Shown: one piece after another, positions 1-32,480 of the stretch
Position numbering within the stretch: position 1 is the stretch's first letter
Layout of the letters: every line of letters begins with the position of its first letter
Assembly (NCBI RefSeq): GCF_009914755.1
Contig: NC_060944.1
Source of the DNA: the human T2T-CHM13v2.0 reference genome, Homo sapiens
Reading direction: 5' to 3' (one strand)
DNA length: 64,000 nucleotides
Translations under genes and position numbers: made by a program
Notes under the pieces: generated by a model
What the model saw: the letters and a program-made list of their open reading frames with translations, nothing else
What the model was told of the DNA's origin: nothing
Databases searched by the model: none

Positions 1-1019
1 TGTTGGCCAGGCTGGTCTTAAACTCCTAGTCTCAAACTCCTGGTCTCAAGTGGTCCGCCCACCTCAGCCTCCCAAAGGGCTGGGATTACGGGTATGAGCC
101 ACCGCGCCCGGTCCCTGAGTGATGTCGTGAGGGGCAAAAGACTGCGAAGCCTGGAAAGTAACACTTTGGGTTGTCTGAAGTGAAGAGGGCAAGGTTGGGC
201 AGGATGAAGGGTGAGTGCCATGAGAAAGGGGCCAGCGAAATGGGCTGGGACTAGACGTTGAGAGGTGAGTGGTTGATTTCTGATTTCTATGGTTTGAAGA
301 AAAAGACCCGATAACATTTTCCACTAGTGTAGAAGGAGGGGGAAGCCCCCACCCCCAGACCTGAGACAGGATGTGGGGATGCTTGTAGGTGTCTAAGGCC
401 TTGGCAGGGAAGGTGGCATCTAATCTGGAAAGGCCAATGGCGCAGTTCCTGTGGAGAAAGAAGGGTGTGCAATTTTGCAGCTGCTGAAAGGGATTGTCAT
501 ACTGCTGCAGCCTTTCTTGGGTTGGATGATCAAGAAGAGGGGTCAAGGGGATGTCTGCTTCTGAACCCAAGAGAATAAACTGAACAGTTCCCTAGGGCTT
601 ACTGTAAATGAGATAGCAGAGGTGGGAGAGGATGGGAGATCAGGTGTTTAAAGGTAGGAGTGACAAAGAGTGTTTGTTGTATCCCTTTTTTGGTTTTTGT
701 TTTCTGGGTTTTTTTTGTTTTTTGTTTTTTGTTTGAGACAGGATCTCAACCTGTCACCCAGGCTGGAGTGCAGTGGCGTGGCATGATCTTGGCTCACTGT
801 AGCCCTGACTCCCAGGGCTCGAGTGATCCTCCTACCTCAGACGGCTGAGTAACTGGGACTGCAGGGACACACCACCATGCCCAGCTCATTTTTGTATTTG
901 TTGTTGAATCGGGGTTTTGCCATGTTGCCCAGGCTGGTCTCAAACTCCTGGATTCAAGCAATCTTCCTGCCTCAGCCTGCCAAAGTGTTGGGATTACAGG
1001 TGTGAGCCACCACACCCAG
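1..1019 (-). mobile_element. Antisense Alu elements (partial at ~1-112; full-length at ~684-1019)
   Basis: Alu consensus motifs (gagacagg..caggctggagtgcagtgg..caaagtg.tgggattacagg) with T-rich tail. Confidence 0.9.
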
Positions 1020-1095
1020 CTTATCTCTTTTTATACTTTTTAAATTTAGTACTTTAGTCATACAAGTTGGAGTCAGAAAAAAAAAGGAAAAAAAT

Positions 1096-1645
1096 AGTAT
1101 TAGTTATCTATTGCTGCAAATAAGTTACCCTTAAACTCAGCAGCTAACGACAACATTTATTATCTCACACATTTTTTGAGGACAAGGAATCTGGAATCAG
1201 CTTTGCTGGGTGATTCTGGCTCAGGGTCTTTCATGAGGTTACAGTCAAAATGTCAGCCAGGGCTGCCATCATCTGAAGGTTTGACTGGGGCTGCAGGGTG
1301 CACTTCCAAGATGTCTCACTCGTGTGGCTGTTGGCTGGAGGTCTCAGTTCCTCACTAGCTGTTGACCAGAGGCCTCAGTTATTCTCCTTGTGGGCTTCTT
1401 CACAGAGATGCTCTCAATTTGACAGCTGGCTTCACCCACAACAAGGGATCCAAGAGAAAGATCCAAGACAGAAGCTACTGTGTCTTTTATAACCTAATCT
1501 CAGAAGTGTCATATAATATCATTTCAGCCATATTCTATTGGTCACACAGGCCAGTGCTGGTTCCGTGTGGGAAGAGACTACACAAGGATTTGAATACAAG
1601 TAGGTGGGGGTCATTGAAGGCCATCTTCAAAGCTGGTGACCACAG
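1096..1645. mobile_element. MLT1 (ERVL-MaLR) solo LTR
   Basis: Begins gtattagttatctattgctgc, includes catttattatctcaca and cagaagtg..ca..tcatttc.gcca.attctattgg, and ends gaccaca; resembles recalled MLT1F/G consensus. Confidence 0.75.
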
Positions 1646-1844
1646 CACATGAATGTATTACCAATTCAGATTCTTTTGTGAATATAAAGATATCACTGAG
1701 ACATATTATTAATAGAAAGAAGGCAAGTTGCCTGCATATATATAATCTCACTTAAAAAAGAAGCATGAAACCTACATATTTCTATTACATACACATATAA
1801 ATATGTAGAAAAAGATTGAGAAGGATACACTTAAAACTGGTAAT

Positions 1845-3158
<1,314 letters not shown>

Positions 3159-3189
3159 TGAATCATTTGCAATAACTGTGTTCCTGGGT

Positions 3190-3735
3190 AACTGGTCTAA
3201 TTTTCTGTCGCTGGATAGCAAAGCACCCCAAACTTAGTGGCATGAAACAACAATCCTTTTATTCCATTCACAGATTCTGTGGATCAGGAATTTGCACAAG
3301 GCACAACATAATTGGTTTGTCTCTGCTCCCTGATATATGGAGCCTGAGCTGGGAGATGACAACAGCTGGTGATGACTCACGTTTCTGGTGCCTGGGTTTG
3401 GATGACTAGCATGCTGGGCTCAGCTACAGCCATTGACTAGAACACCTACAAATGGCCTCTCACTGTGGCCTAGGCCTCCTTGCAGCGTGGAAGCTGTGTT
3501 CCAAGAGGGAATATTCCAGAAAGAAGCATTTGGAGAAAGAATATTCCAAGAGAACCAGGCAGAGCTGCATGTTTATTTATGACCCAACCTCAGAAGTCAC
3601 ATAGCATCACCTCTGCCATACTCTATTGGTGAAATCAGCCACAAGCCACCCAGATTCAAGGAAAGGGGACATAGACTCCCCCTCCAATGGGAGGAGTGTC
3701 AAGGAATTTGCAGCCACTTCTTTAAAAACTGCCAC
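3190..3735. mobile_element. MLT1 (ERVL-MaLR) solo LTR
   Basis: aaacttagtggc..aaacaacaa, cagaagtcacatagcatcac.tctgccatactctattgg, cccagattcaaggg, ending ctgccaca. Confidence 0.72.
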
Positions 3736-3759
3736 ATTTAGTTATAGAATTTATTGTAT

Positions 3760-8362
<4,603 letters not shown>

Positions 8363-9125
8363 AGGACTTTGTTTTTAATTATTAGAAGTACAGCTCACAT
8401 TTTCCCTTTAAGTGCCAGAAATACGACATTTTCCTTTGTCCACAATGCAGATAAAACTCAGCTGAGTGAGGATGTCTGCAGGATCCTGCTTCTTTGGGAT
8501 GGTGGGCAATGAACAACTATGGACATAGGTGTGTTGTTTGTAGGTGAAGAGAGGGGTTTAGTGGAGAGGGCATTCTAGGTGAGGAGAACCGGTGGAACAA
8601 AGTATTTAGAGGCGGGTGAGCTCCTGGAGCCTGATCAGAGAAAAAAGGGAAATATCGCCAATACTTAAGTTGGGCCTGGTGTTGACAGGAAGACAACCTG
8701 GCCTAACCTCTGGAAAATGGGGAGCCATTAGAGAGATGTAAGCAGGGCAGTTCTGCAGAAACACACAAAGAGGGCTAACCAAGAATGATCACGGTTTGCA
8801 AGTCACTCACTGAATGTGCTTCTGAAAGGACTCGTCTCAAATCAGTTATATATTGTGTCTCTTCTCCAGAGTCTGGGAGCCTCCAGGGACGAGGGGAATA
8901 GGATATTTTTCATCTCTCTGTCCTAGAAACACACCCAATATTTGCAGAGGACTTGAGAGAAGGGGAGGGACTGAGCTGGGGTCACCTGATTGTAGGCAGA
9001 GGAGAGAGTGTGAGCTCTGGGTTACAACCTGACTCTGCCACGAGGTAGCTACACAACCTTGGCTAGTTAATGAACTGAGCCTCAGTCTTCCCATCTGTAA
9101 GGTGGGGATAATAATAGTACCTTTG

Positions 9126-11096
<1,971 letters not shown>

Positions 11097-11340
11097 GAAG
11101 ACCACAACAGCTGCTTTATTTTAACAATAAACATGATTCCTCCTTACTATATACAATTTAGAAAATAGGAAAAGCTGTTAAGAGGAAAATAAGAATCAAC
11201 TATAATCTGAATACCCAAAGATAATGACCATTGCAAATATTTGATGTATTTCCCTCTAGATTTCTCTGTGCCAACACACATGCACACATACTTCCTATTA
11301 GGTCAAATGTGTGATCATAAAAAAACTACAGTAACATACC

Positions 11341-12610
<1,270 letters not shown>

Positions 12611-12991
12611 TTCTTTCTTTCTTTTCTTTCCCTTTTTTTTTTGAGATGGAGTTTTGCTCTTTCGCCCAGGCTGGAGTGCAGTGGTGCAATCTCAACTCAC
12701 TGCAACCTCTGCTCCACCGGGTTCAAGCGATTCTCCTGTCTCAGCCTCCTGAGTAGCTAGACTACAGGTGCCCGCCACCATGCCAGGCTAATTTTTGTAT
12801 TTTTAGTAGAGACAGGATTTCGCCATGTTGGCCAAGCTGGTCTCGAACTCCTGACCTCAAGTAATCCACCTGCCTTGGCCTCCCAAAGTGCTGCGATTAC
12901 AGGCATGAGCCACTGCACCCAGCCTCTTTTCTTTTTTAAAATTGCGTAAGGGTTGGGCACTGTGATTCAAGCTTGTAATCCCAACACTTTA

Positions 12992-13201
<210 letters not shown>

Positions 13202-13239
13202 CTAGACCCTGTCTCAAAAAAATTAAAATAAAAAATAAA

Positions 13240-15700
<2,461 letters not shown>

Positions 15701-15899
15701 TATAAGAAACTTTCTTGAAGACCACCATAGAGCAGTTAAAAATTTTTCCTAATGAGTATAGATATCCTTTTACTTTCTTATATTTTCATGAGCATTTCCC
15801 CATATCATTGGATGCTGTTGAAAAATATCATTTCCCTCCCTCCCTTCCTTCCTTCCTTCCTTCCTTCCTTCCTTCCTTCCTTCCTCTCTCTCTCTCTCT

Positions 15900-19215
<3,316 letters not shown>

Positions 19216-19414
19216 CCAGACCATATTTTAGTTAATCCTCACAACAAACCTAAGCAGTTGCATTTCTAGCTCCACTTTGCATATGAGAAATGTGAGTCCC
19301 AGAGAGGTCAAGTGATGTGCACTGGGTCACTCAGCTAACACATAAGGAATGGAGCTGGGATTCAAACCTTTGACTGTCTGGACCCCGCAGTCCATGCTTG
19401 TCATTTTCATAGCT

Positions 19415-19625
19415 CAGAGATGCACTGTCCAATGTGATAACCACTAGCTGCATGTGGCTGCTTAGGCATAAATTAATTAAAATTAAATAAATACAATTCA
19501 GTTTTTCAGTAGCACTAGACTCATTTCAAGTGCTCAATAGCCACATGTGGCTGTTGGCTGCCTTATTGGACAGCACAGATATAGAACATGTCCACCACGG
19601 TGGAAAGATCTGTTGGACAGCGCTG
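19415..19625. mobile_element. MER3/MER33-like hAT-Charlie DNA transposon
   Basis: Terminal inverted repeats cactgtccaa and ttggacagcg, with internal caagtgctcaatagccacatgtggct. Confidence 0.8.
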
Positions 19626-21008
19626 CTCTCAAATGTGAGAGAAGAAAGAAAACATCGTGATTTTACCCTTGCATGGGGAGCCAGGCCATCTGCCACTTGT
19701 CAGCTTTGTAGAGAGTTCATCGGAAGTTATTTTTCCTGGATGAGATCATAATAAAACCATCCATGGGTGTCTGGGCTATGTTTTACCTTTCTCCTGGTTT
19801 GGCCTCCATTCATCCCCATCCATGATAGATGCAAGCATGCCCTTTCCCACACTCCCCTGCTGCCACCCAGTCGCCAGGTATCTAGTGCCTTTCTCTGTCA
19901 TACAGGATTTGGGTTATCTTAGTCACTAAAGTGGGGCATCCTCACAGGACAACTCAGATGGAGACTGAGCAAAATTTTATAACACAGTGGGCTTAATTCC
20001 AGCTGGGTGGTCCCTGGGCGACATGCCTGCCACTGGGGAGGAGGGTCCTCACTGACTGACGTTGAGGAGGAGGGCTAACGGAGTTTCTTGGCAAAGGGGA
20101 TGTCTGGTTATAAAGGGATTCTTCCCCCCGCTTAGCAACAGAACCCCCTCCCTATGTCTGGGGACTCCTTACTTTGTGAACGGAAGGCAGTCTTCTTCCT
20201 ACCATAGAAGCCAAAAGGTCAGATGTTTGTCTTTACAGCTTCCACTGCAGGTAGGAGATGGGCATGTGATCAAGGATCAACCAATTAAGGCTTGGGTTAT
20301 AGAGGTCGAGACTGTGGGGAATCCTTATGGAGAGGGAAGGTGAGAATGGTCTTGAGACAGTGCCCATGGCCAGGTAGCCATGGTGAAAGCAGGGCAACTA
20401 GTGTTCTCACCATACAAGTCCAGTAGTACATGGTCCCACGTGGCCTCGCCTTTCTTATTAGTGGCCACTTCTAGAAACTTCCTGGTGATTTTGTGGCCTT
20501 CCTACTACCCTGCTAATAAATTCCTTTTCTGCTACCATCAGAATTGGTTTCTATTATTTATGATATCTATTATTATGATAAACTGACACAATGGTGCTCG
20601 CTGGAATTAGATCATTTCTAGGCTAGAGTTTGCTCTTGGGGAGGTAGGAAGGAGGATCTCTGCTCTGGTCCATGTGATCTCTCCAGGACCCTTTTTTTCC
20701 AGCCCCACTGGCCTCCTTCCTCTTTTTGCATCCTCACCATCTCTCCCCTTCATTGAACTGAGCAAATCTCCAGAATTGAGAGGTTTGGAAGCCCTACTCT
20801 GACTTTTCAAAACTTCTTTCATTCCCTGAGTCTCCTCCCCAAGATTCTGGGGCTCAGAAAGTCCTTTCTCTATTTTTCTACTGAAATAACTCTTTTCTGA
20901 GCAATAAATACCTCACAGTCCAGGTTAGATGGAAAAGAGGACACAGTATGGAAAGGAAATGCCAGGAGTGGAAACATACTTGGTAATATAGAAGTTACCC
21001 CATCATAC

Positions 21009-21121
21009 TAGGGTGACCACTCATCCTAGTTTGCCTGGACTAAGGAGTTTCTTGGGACATGGAACTTTTGGTGCTAAAACAGGGACAGACCTGTGCAAAC
21101 TAGAACAAGTTAGTCACCCTA
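21009..21121. mobile_element. MER81/MER94-like hAT-Blackjack MITE
   Basis: 113 bp with TIRs TAGGGTGAC and GTCACCCTA. Confidence 0.75.
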
Positions 21122-21417
21122 CAACTGTACAGCTACTACTACTAATCCCACTCCAATACACAGCTTTATTCAGCTTGCTAAGGACAGAATCAAGACCAGA
21201 CCGTCATCAACAATGCCTTACCAAAGTTCTTTTTTCGGCCAGGTGCAGTGAGTGGGTCATGCCTGCAATCCCAGCACTTTGGGAGGCTGAGGCAGGTGGA
21301 TCACTTGAGGTCAGGAATTCGAGACCAGCCTGGTCAACATGGCGAAACCCTGCCTCTACTGAAAAATACAAAAATGAGCCAGGCATGGTGGCACATGTCT
21401 GTAATCCCAGCTACTCA

Positions 21418-21612
<195 letters not shown>

Positions 21613-22149
21613 CTATTCCTTTTCTCTGAACTATCTGTTCATACCTTTTACCTACCTGTTTAAAAAAATTTTTAAATAGTTTTTGTACATATTTATGGGG
21701 TACATGTGCAATTTTGTTACATGCATAGAATGTGTAATGATAAAGTCAGGGTATTTAGGTTATCTATCACCCAAGTATTTATCATTTCTATGTGTTGGGT
21801 ACATTTCAGGTCTTCTAGCTGTTTTGAAGAACACAATACATTGTTGTTAAATAGCAGTAAACACATCCAGTTAAACATAGTGGATTGATGATGCGTATTT
21901 ATTTTTTTCTCCCTCGAACCCCATCTATATGGCAATAAGGAATAAAAAATGTATTAACCCAGAACATGAATAGGAATGAAAAGGAGACATTAGTGGCCCA
22001 GGGATTTCAGCAAGTTTTTAGAAAACAGGGACAGAAGGGGAAGTAGTAACTGACTTAACAGGGGGAGGAAGTTATGACCCAAATGTCTGCAGGGAATATT
22101 GATTTGATGACTAAAAGGTGAGCCCAGATTCTTCCATAGAAGAGATAGA

Positions 22150-23500
22150 CACTAAAAATAAAGATATGGATGGAAATCTCCCACAGAGTAGAACAAAAGA
22201 GCCAAAAAGAGGGACAATAAGAGAAAAACAGAGAAAATTAGAAACTCAGTTTGGAAAGTATAACTTCTGACTAAGAGAAATTCCAGAAAGAGAAAAAAAT
22301 GGAGGGGAGAGCCAAGTCTGGTGTCTCATTCCTGTAGTCCCAACAGTTTGGGAGGCCGAGGCAGGGGGATTGCTTGAGCCCAGGAGTTTGAGACCAGCTG
22401 GGCAACACAGTGAGACCCCATTTCTACAAAAAATAGAAAAATTACTCAGGCATGGTGGTATGCACCTGTAGTCCTAGCTACTCGGGAGGCTGAGGTGGCA
22501 GGATCACTTGAAGCTGCAGTGAGCCATGATCATGCCACTGCATTCCAGCCTGTGCAACATAGCACAACACTGTTTCAGGGGAAAAAAAAATAGGAGGGGA
22601 GAAAATTATCGAAAAAATAATACAAGAAAATTTCCTAGATTAGAGGGATATAAGTCTCCAGATTGAAAAGGCCCAGCTAACACAAGTGAGGAAAAGCCTC
22701 ACTGAGGGGAGTCATCATCAAATACAACATTATGGATAAAGATGATAGCCTAAAAGTTTTCAAAGATTAAAAATAAAAAAAGAACAAGACACATATAAAG
22801 CAACAGGATTAAGAATGGCATTAGATGTCTTAAATCTGGATACTAGAAACAATAATGCAATGTTTTAAAAATTCTGAGAGAAATAATTTTCAGCCTAGAT
22901 TTCTTTTTTTTTTTTTTTTTTTTTGAAAGGGAGGCTCCCTCTGTCGCTCAGGCTGGAGTGCAGTGGTGCAATCTTGGCTTACTGCAACCTCTGCCTCCTG
23001 GGTTCAAGTGATTATCCTGCCTCAGCCTCCCCGAGTAGCTGGGACTACAGGCATGTGCCACCATGCCCAGCTAATTTTTTTTTTGTATTTTTAGTAGAGA
23101 CAAGGTTTCAGCATGTTGGCCAGGCTGGTCTCAAACACTTGACCTCAGGTGATCTGCCTGCCTCGACCTCCCAAAGTGCTGGGATTACAGGCATAAGACA
23201 TGGCGCCTGGCCTTCAGCCTAGATTTCTATACCCTGCTAAACTATTAATCAAGTGTGAAAACAGTATAAATGCATATTTAGACATACAAGGACTAAATAT
23301 ATTTGCTTCTTTGCAACCTTTCTCAGGAATCTACAGAAAGATGTGCTGCACAGAGATGACAGAGTAAATCCACAATCTAGAAGTTTGAGACACAAGGTCC
23401 AGGGCACAGGGAATCCCAACCAGGTGTAGGATATAGGAAAGTTCAGTATGACAGCTGTGCAGTAGGCCTGGAGAGCACTGGTCCAGATCAGAGCTGAAGC
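22150..23500 (+). mobile_element. Old L1M/HAL1 ORF1-region fragment interrupted by Alus (+ 22310-22590, - 22900-23212)
   Basis: A-rich L1 ORF1-like motifs caagaaaatttcc, cagattgaaaaggccca and cagcctagatttctatacc..gctaaacta. Confidence 0.6.
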
Positions 23501-23570
23501 CTTCAGGAGAAAAAAACAAAAGAGAACTCATGAACTTTTTTTTTTTTTTAAGTTGTTGTTGTTTTTGTGA

Positions 23571-23789
<219 letters not shown>

Positions 23790-23989
23790 TGATCTGCCTG
23801 CCTCAGCCTCCCAAGGTGCTGGGATTATGGGCATGAGCCACCATGCCTAGCCGAATTGTTATGTTACACATCTGGAAAAATCACTGCTGATTATTTTGTC
23901 TAATTTATTAACCACATAGGAAAAAATTAACAATATCTGCAAAGAAAGCTAATGAAAGGGGGGAAAAAATGAGGCAATTATTAGCTTCA

Positions 23990-24033
23990 GGAAATACCAA
24001 AAGAGGCTGGGTGCAGTCTCTTTTGGTATTTCC
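23990..24033. repeat. 20-bp near-perfect inverted repeat with 4-nt spacer
   Basis: GGAAATACCAAAAGAGGCTG-ggtg-CAGTCTCTTTTGGTATTTCC; 19/20 Watson-Crick plus one G-T. Confidence 0.92.
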
Positions 24034-25455
24034 TTTATTATTTTATTTAAAAATAAACTTCTTCACTGTAGAGAAAGTGTAAATCAAATTATGTGGGAGT
24101 TTTAATGGGCCAGGCCTGAGAATAGCACACATCACATTTAATTGGCCAGAACTTGGTCTGAACTGTAAGGAAGGCTGGGAAATACTGTCTAGTTGTGTGT
24201 CCAGGAGCAGGAAGAAATAACGTTTTTGAGAGGAAGTAGCAATATCTGCCACAACAGGCAAAAAGTAGTTGTAGGCAGATGAAGAAGACCATCTCAGGTA
24301 TTCATTTATTCAAGGAGCAAAACATATTTGTTGAGCAACTACTATTGACTAAGCTTGGTTCCAGGCATGGTGGATACAAGAGTGAACAAATAAAAGACTG
24401 CTCTTATGCAGTTTCTATTTAGTGGGGAACAGCAGGTGTAAGTTCCATGGGGGTTGGAACCTGCCCTTCTAGGCCAGTGTGGTTGGAATAGAGTTTTAAC
24501 GAATTTTGCAGGAAGTAATAAGGACTTCATATTTGATTCTAAGAGCAATGAGACTCCATTAAATCGAGTATTAATCAGAAAGTGGCATGATCTGTTTTAT
24601 TTATTTATTTATTTATTTATTTATTTTAATCTTTATATCTGAGACGGAGTTTCGCTGTTGTCGCCCAGGCTGGAGTGCAGTGGTGCCATCTCTCTCACTG
24701 CAACCCCTGCCTCCCGGGTTCAAGCGATTCTCCTGCCTCAGCCTCCCGAGTAGCTGGGACTACAGGCATGCGCCACCACGCCCGGCTAATTTTTTGTATT
24801 TTTATTAGAGACGGGGTTTCGCCATGTTGGCCAAGCTGGTCTCGAACTCCTGACCTCAGGTGATTCACCTGCCTCAGCCTCCCAAAGTGCTGGGATTACA
24901 GCGGGAGCCACCGCACCTGGCCGCATGATCTGTTTTAAATAATTACTCTGGCCACCTTATGGAAAATGGATTGTTCGGACAGAGCTGGACAAAAGAATGG
25001 AAACAGACCAGATATTTCAGGCAGGCTAGAGATGAGCGTGGCCTGGCCTTGCCTGGGGCGGTTGTGACTGACTGGATTGGGTGAAGGACAGGAAAGCTAC
25101 AACAAGGGTGCCTATAGGTGTTCGTATTGAGTCACTGGGGGCACCCTAAATGGGAGTTACCTCAGTAGCAGTTTGAGACACCAGTCAGATAATGGATGTG
25201 AAAGCTTTTAGAAAGGTTGAACGGCGGCTGAAATCGCGTGTGTTCCATTTACAGATGGGAAACTGAGGCACGAGATACCAGAGGATGGAGTCAGGCCACG
25301 TTGTGCGCCACTCTCCCCGCTTAGGTGGGTGAGGAGACCGAGGTGTGTTGGGCCCCCGCTAAACACCAGCACCGACCTGAGCCCCGCCCAGACCCCTCCA
25401 GCCGGCTTTCCCTGTCCTCTGCTCGTGTGCCAATAAAGTTATTGAAATTGACACC

Positions 25456-25500
25456 GGTTGCTAAGGAAGTGGGTCGCCGAGCCAGGTTGCTAAGGAAGTG
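25456..25500 (+). promoter_or_regulatory. Two identical GGTTGCTAAGGAAGTG elements (RFX X-box-like overlapping ETS GGAAGT)
   Basis: Perfect 16-bp direct repeat at 25456-25471 and 25485-25500. GTTGCT is an RFX half-site and AGGAAGTG is an ETS core. Confidence 0.7.
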
Positions 25501-25537
25501 AGCGGCCACTGTCTCTCCCCATCCGGGGCAGCGGGGA

Positions 25538-25563
25538 ATGGCTGAGCCAGGGGTTCGCCGCCC

Positions 25564-25601
<38 letters not shown>

Positions 25602-25622
25602 CGCTTTCGGCTCGGGCCTCAG
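25538..25622 (+). CDS. Candidate spliced uORF, exon 1 part (completed by 57565-57572): MAEPGVRRP-R12-PLSARASGP*
   Basis: Strong Kozak context GGA-ATG-G (G at -3, G at +4). 85 nt in exon 1 plus GA CCG TAG in exon 2. Translation is not demonstrated. Confidence 0.55.
25564..25599 (+). repeat. (CCG)12 trinucleotide repeat in the 5'UTR exon
   Basis: 12 uninterrupted CCG units with imperfect CCG units on either side. Confidence 0.97.
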
Positions 25623-26773
25623 GTGAGTCGGAGGGGCCGGGCGCCCACCGAGCAGGGCTAATCCTGTGGCCGCCTGGGGTTTTCCCTGCGACCTGCGCCC
25701 GCGCCTCTGCCTGGCTTTGCTGTCCCGCGAGCCGGAGCATCCTCTGCCCTGCCTCCTAGGCATCCTTTGGTAGTCCGGACGGCCTTGCCCCTCCTTCCCC
25801 TGGCAGGGTCGCGGCCCGACCCCCAGACACGGCCACCTTGGGTCGCAGCCCACCTGGGGGCCCTGAGGCGGTGGTCAGGGCCCCAGTTTGGGAGGAGGGC
25901 GGGGAAGCGAGAGCCTGGGGTCCGAACCTCGGCGCTGTGCTGGGCTTGCTGTGTGACCTTGGGCAAGTCTTTTCACCTCCCTGGCCTTAGCTGACCTGTT
26001 TATTCAATGGGGTCCTAACACTTGCTGCTCAGAGTGGTAAAGATAATGAGAAGTGTATGTGAAAGTGCCCTAAATGGGGAGAGGGAGAATTCTTAGGGCA
26101 CCCTAGATGGGAGACCAAGAGGGCAGTTTGAAGTCTGAGCGAGTTAGAGACGTGGCATTTCCACTTAGTAACTGTGTGGCCCTGGGCAAGTTAATTTCTC
26201 TGAGTCTTCTTTTCCTTATCTGTGAAATGAGGTAATAGACTACTGTGGAAATCAGTGAGACTGGGTATGTCAAGTAGCTTGGCACATAGTAAGTGCTCAA
26301 CCAGCTATTATGAGGCGTCCAGGGTAGGAGGGCAAGACTTCCAGGAGGAGATGACTTTGGGACAGGTAAGGTGTAGGTGTGTAGAGTGCCAGCTCATATG
26401 GGTAGTCCTACTGCAATGCCAACCCCCAACCCCGGTTTTACTTCTCCATTCTGCTCAGAGCAAGGGAGGTACTTCTACAAGTAGTCCTGGGAAACTCTTT
26501 GAGGTCAACCCCTTGTAGATAGCTGGGGTCATGGTCTCATTTTCTACCTGGGCTTCGTTGACCCTTCCAGAAGAAAAAAGGCATCTTTGTGTCCTTTGGG
26601 AAGTGCTTAAAGCAGTAATAACTATTTACAAGCATATGATTAAGAAGCACTTTACCAGGCATATTATTTCATTTAATCTTTATGTAGACTTTGCCAGGTG
26701 CCTGGTGATGTCATCCTCATTTTGCCGATGAGGAAACTGAGGTTCAGAAAAGTAAAGGGAAGGATCTGCTTAA

Positions 26774-32480
<5,707 letters not shown>

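Larger units (their letters stand above)
25508..25622 (+). other. KIF3B: KIF3B exon 1 (5'UTR); TSS approximate
   Basis: Lies in the only CpG island of the window and ends at a consensus donor CAG|GTGAGT. An initiator-like CCACTGT at 25506-25512 sits just downstream of the promoter motifs. The start position is inferred. Confidence 0.85.
25300..25950. promoter_or_regulatory. KIF3B: CpG island promoter of KIF3B
   Basis: Markedly GC- and CpG-rich non-Alu sequence around exon 1. GC box GCCCCGCCCA at 25381-25390 and CCAAT at 25430-25434; no TATA box. Confidence 0.88.

Noticed and set aside
25432-25437. AATAAA in the promoter
   Set aside because: It overlaps the CCAAT motif, and no upstream + strand transcript is evident for it to terminate.
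25538-25759. 73-aa unspliced ORF from the exon 1 AUG
   Set aside because: It runs through the consensus donor at 25623. The spliced 30-aa version is the relevant one unless intron 1 is retained.
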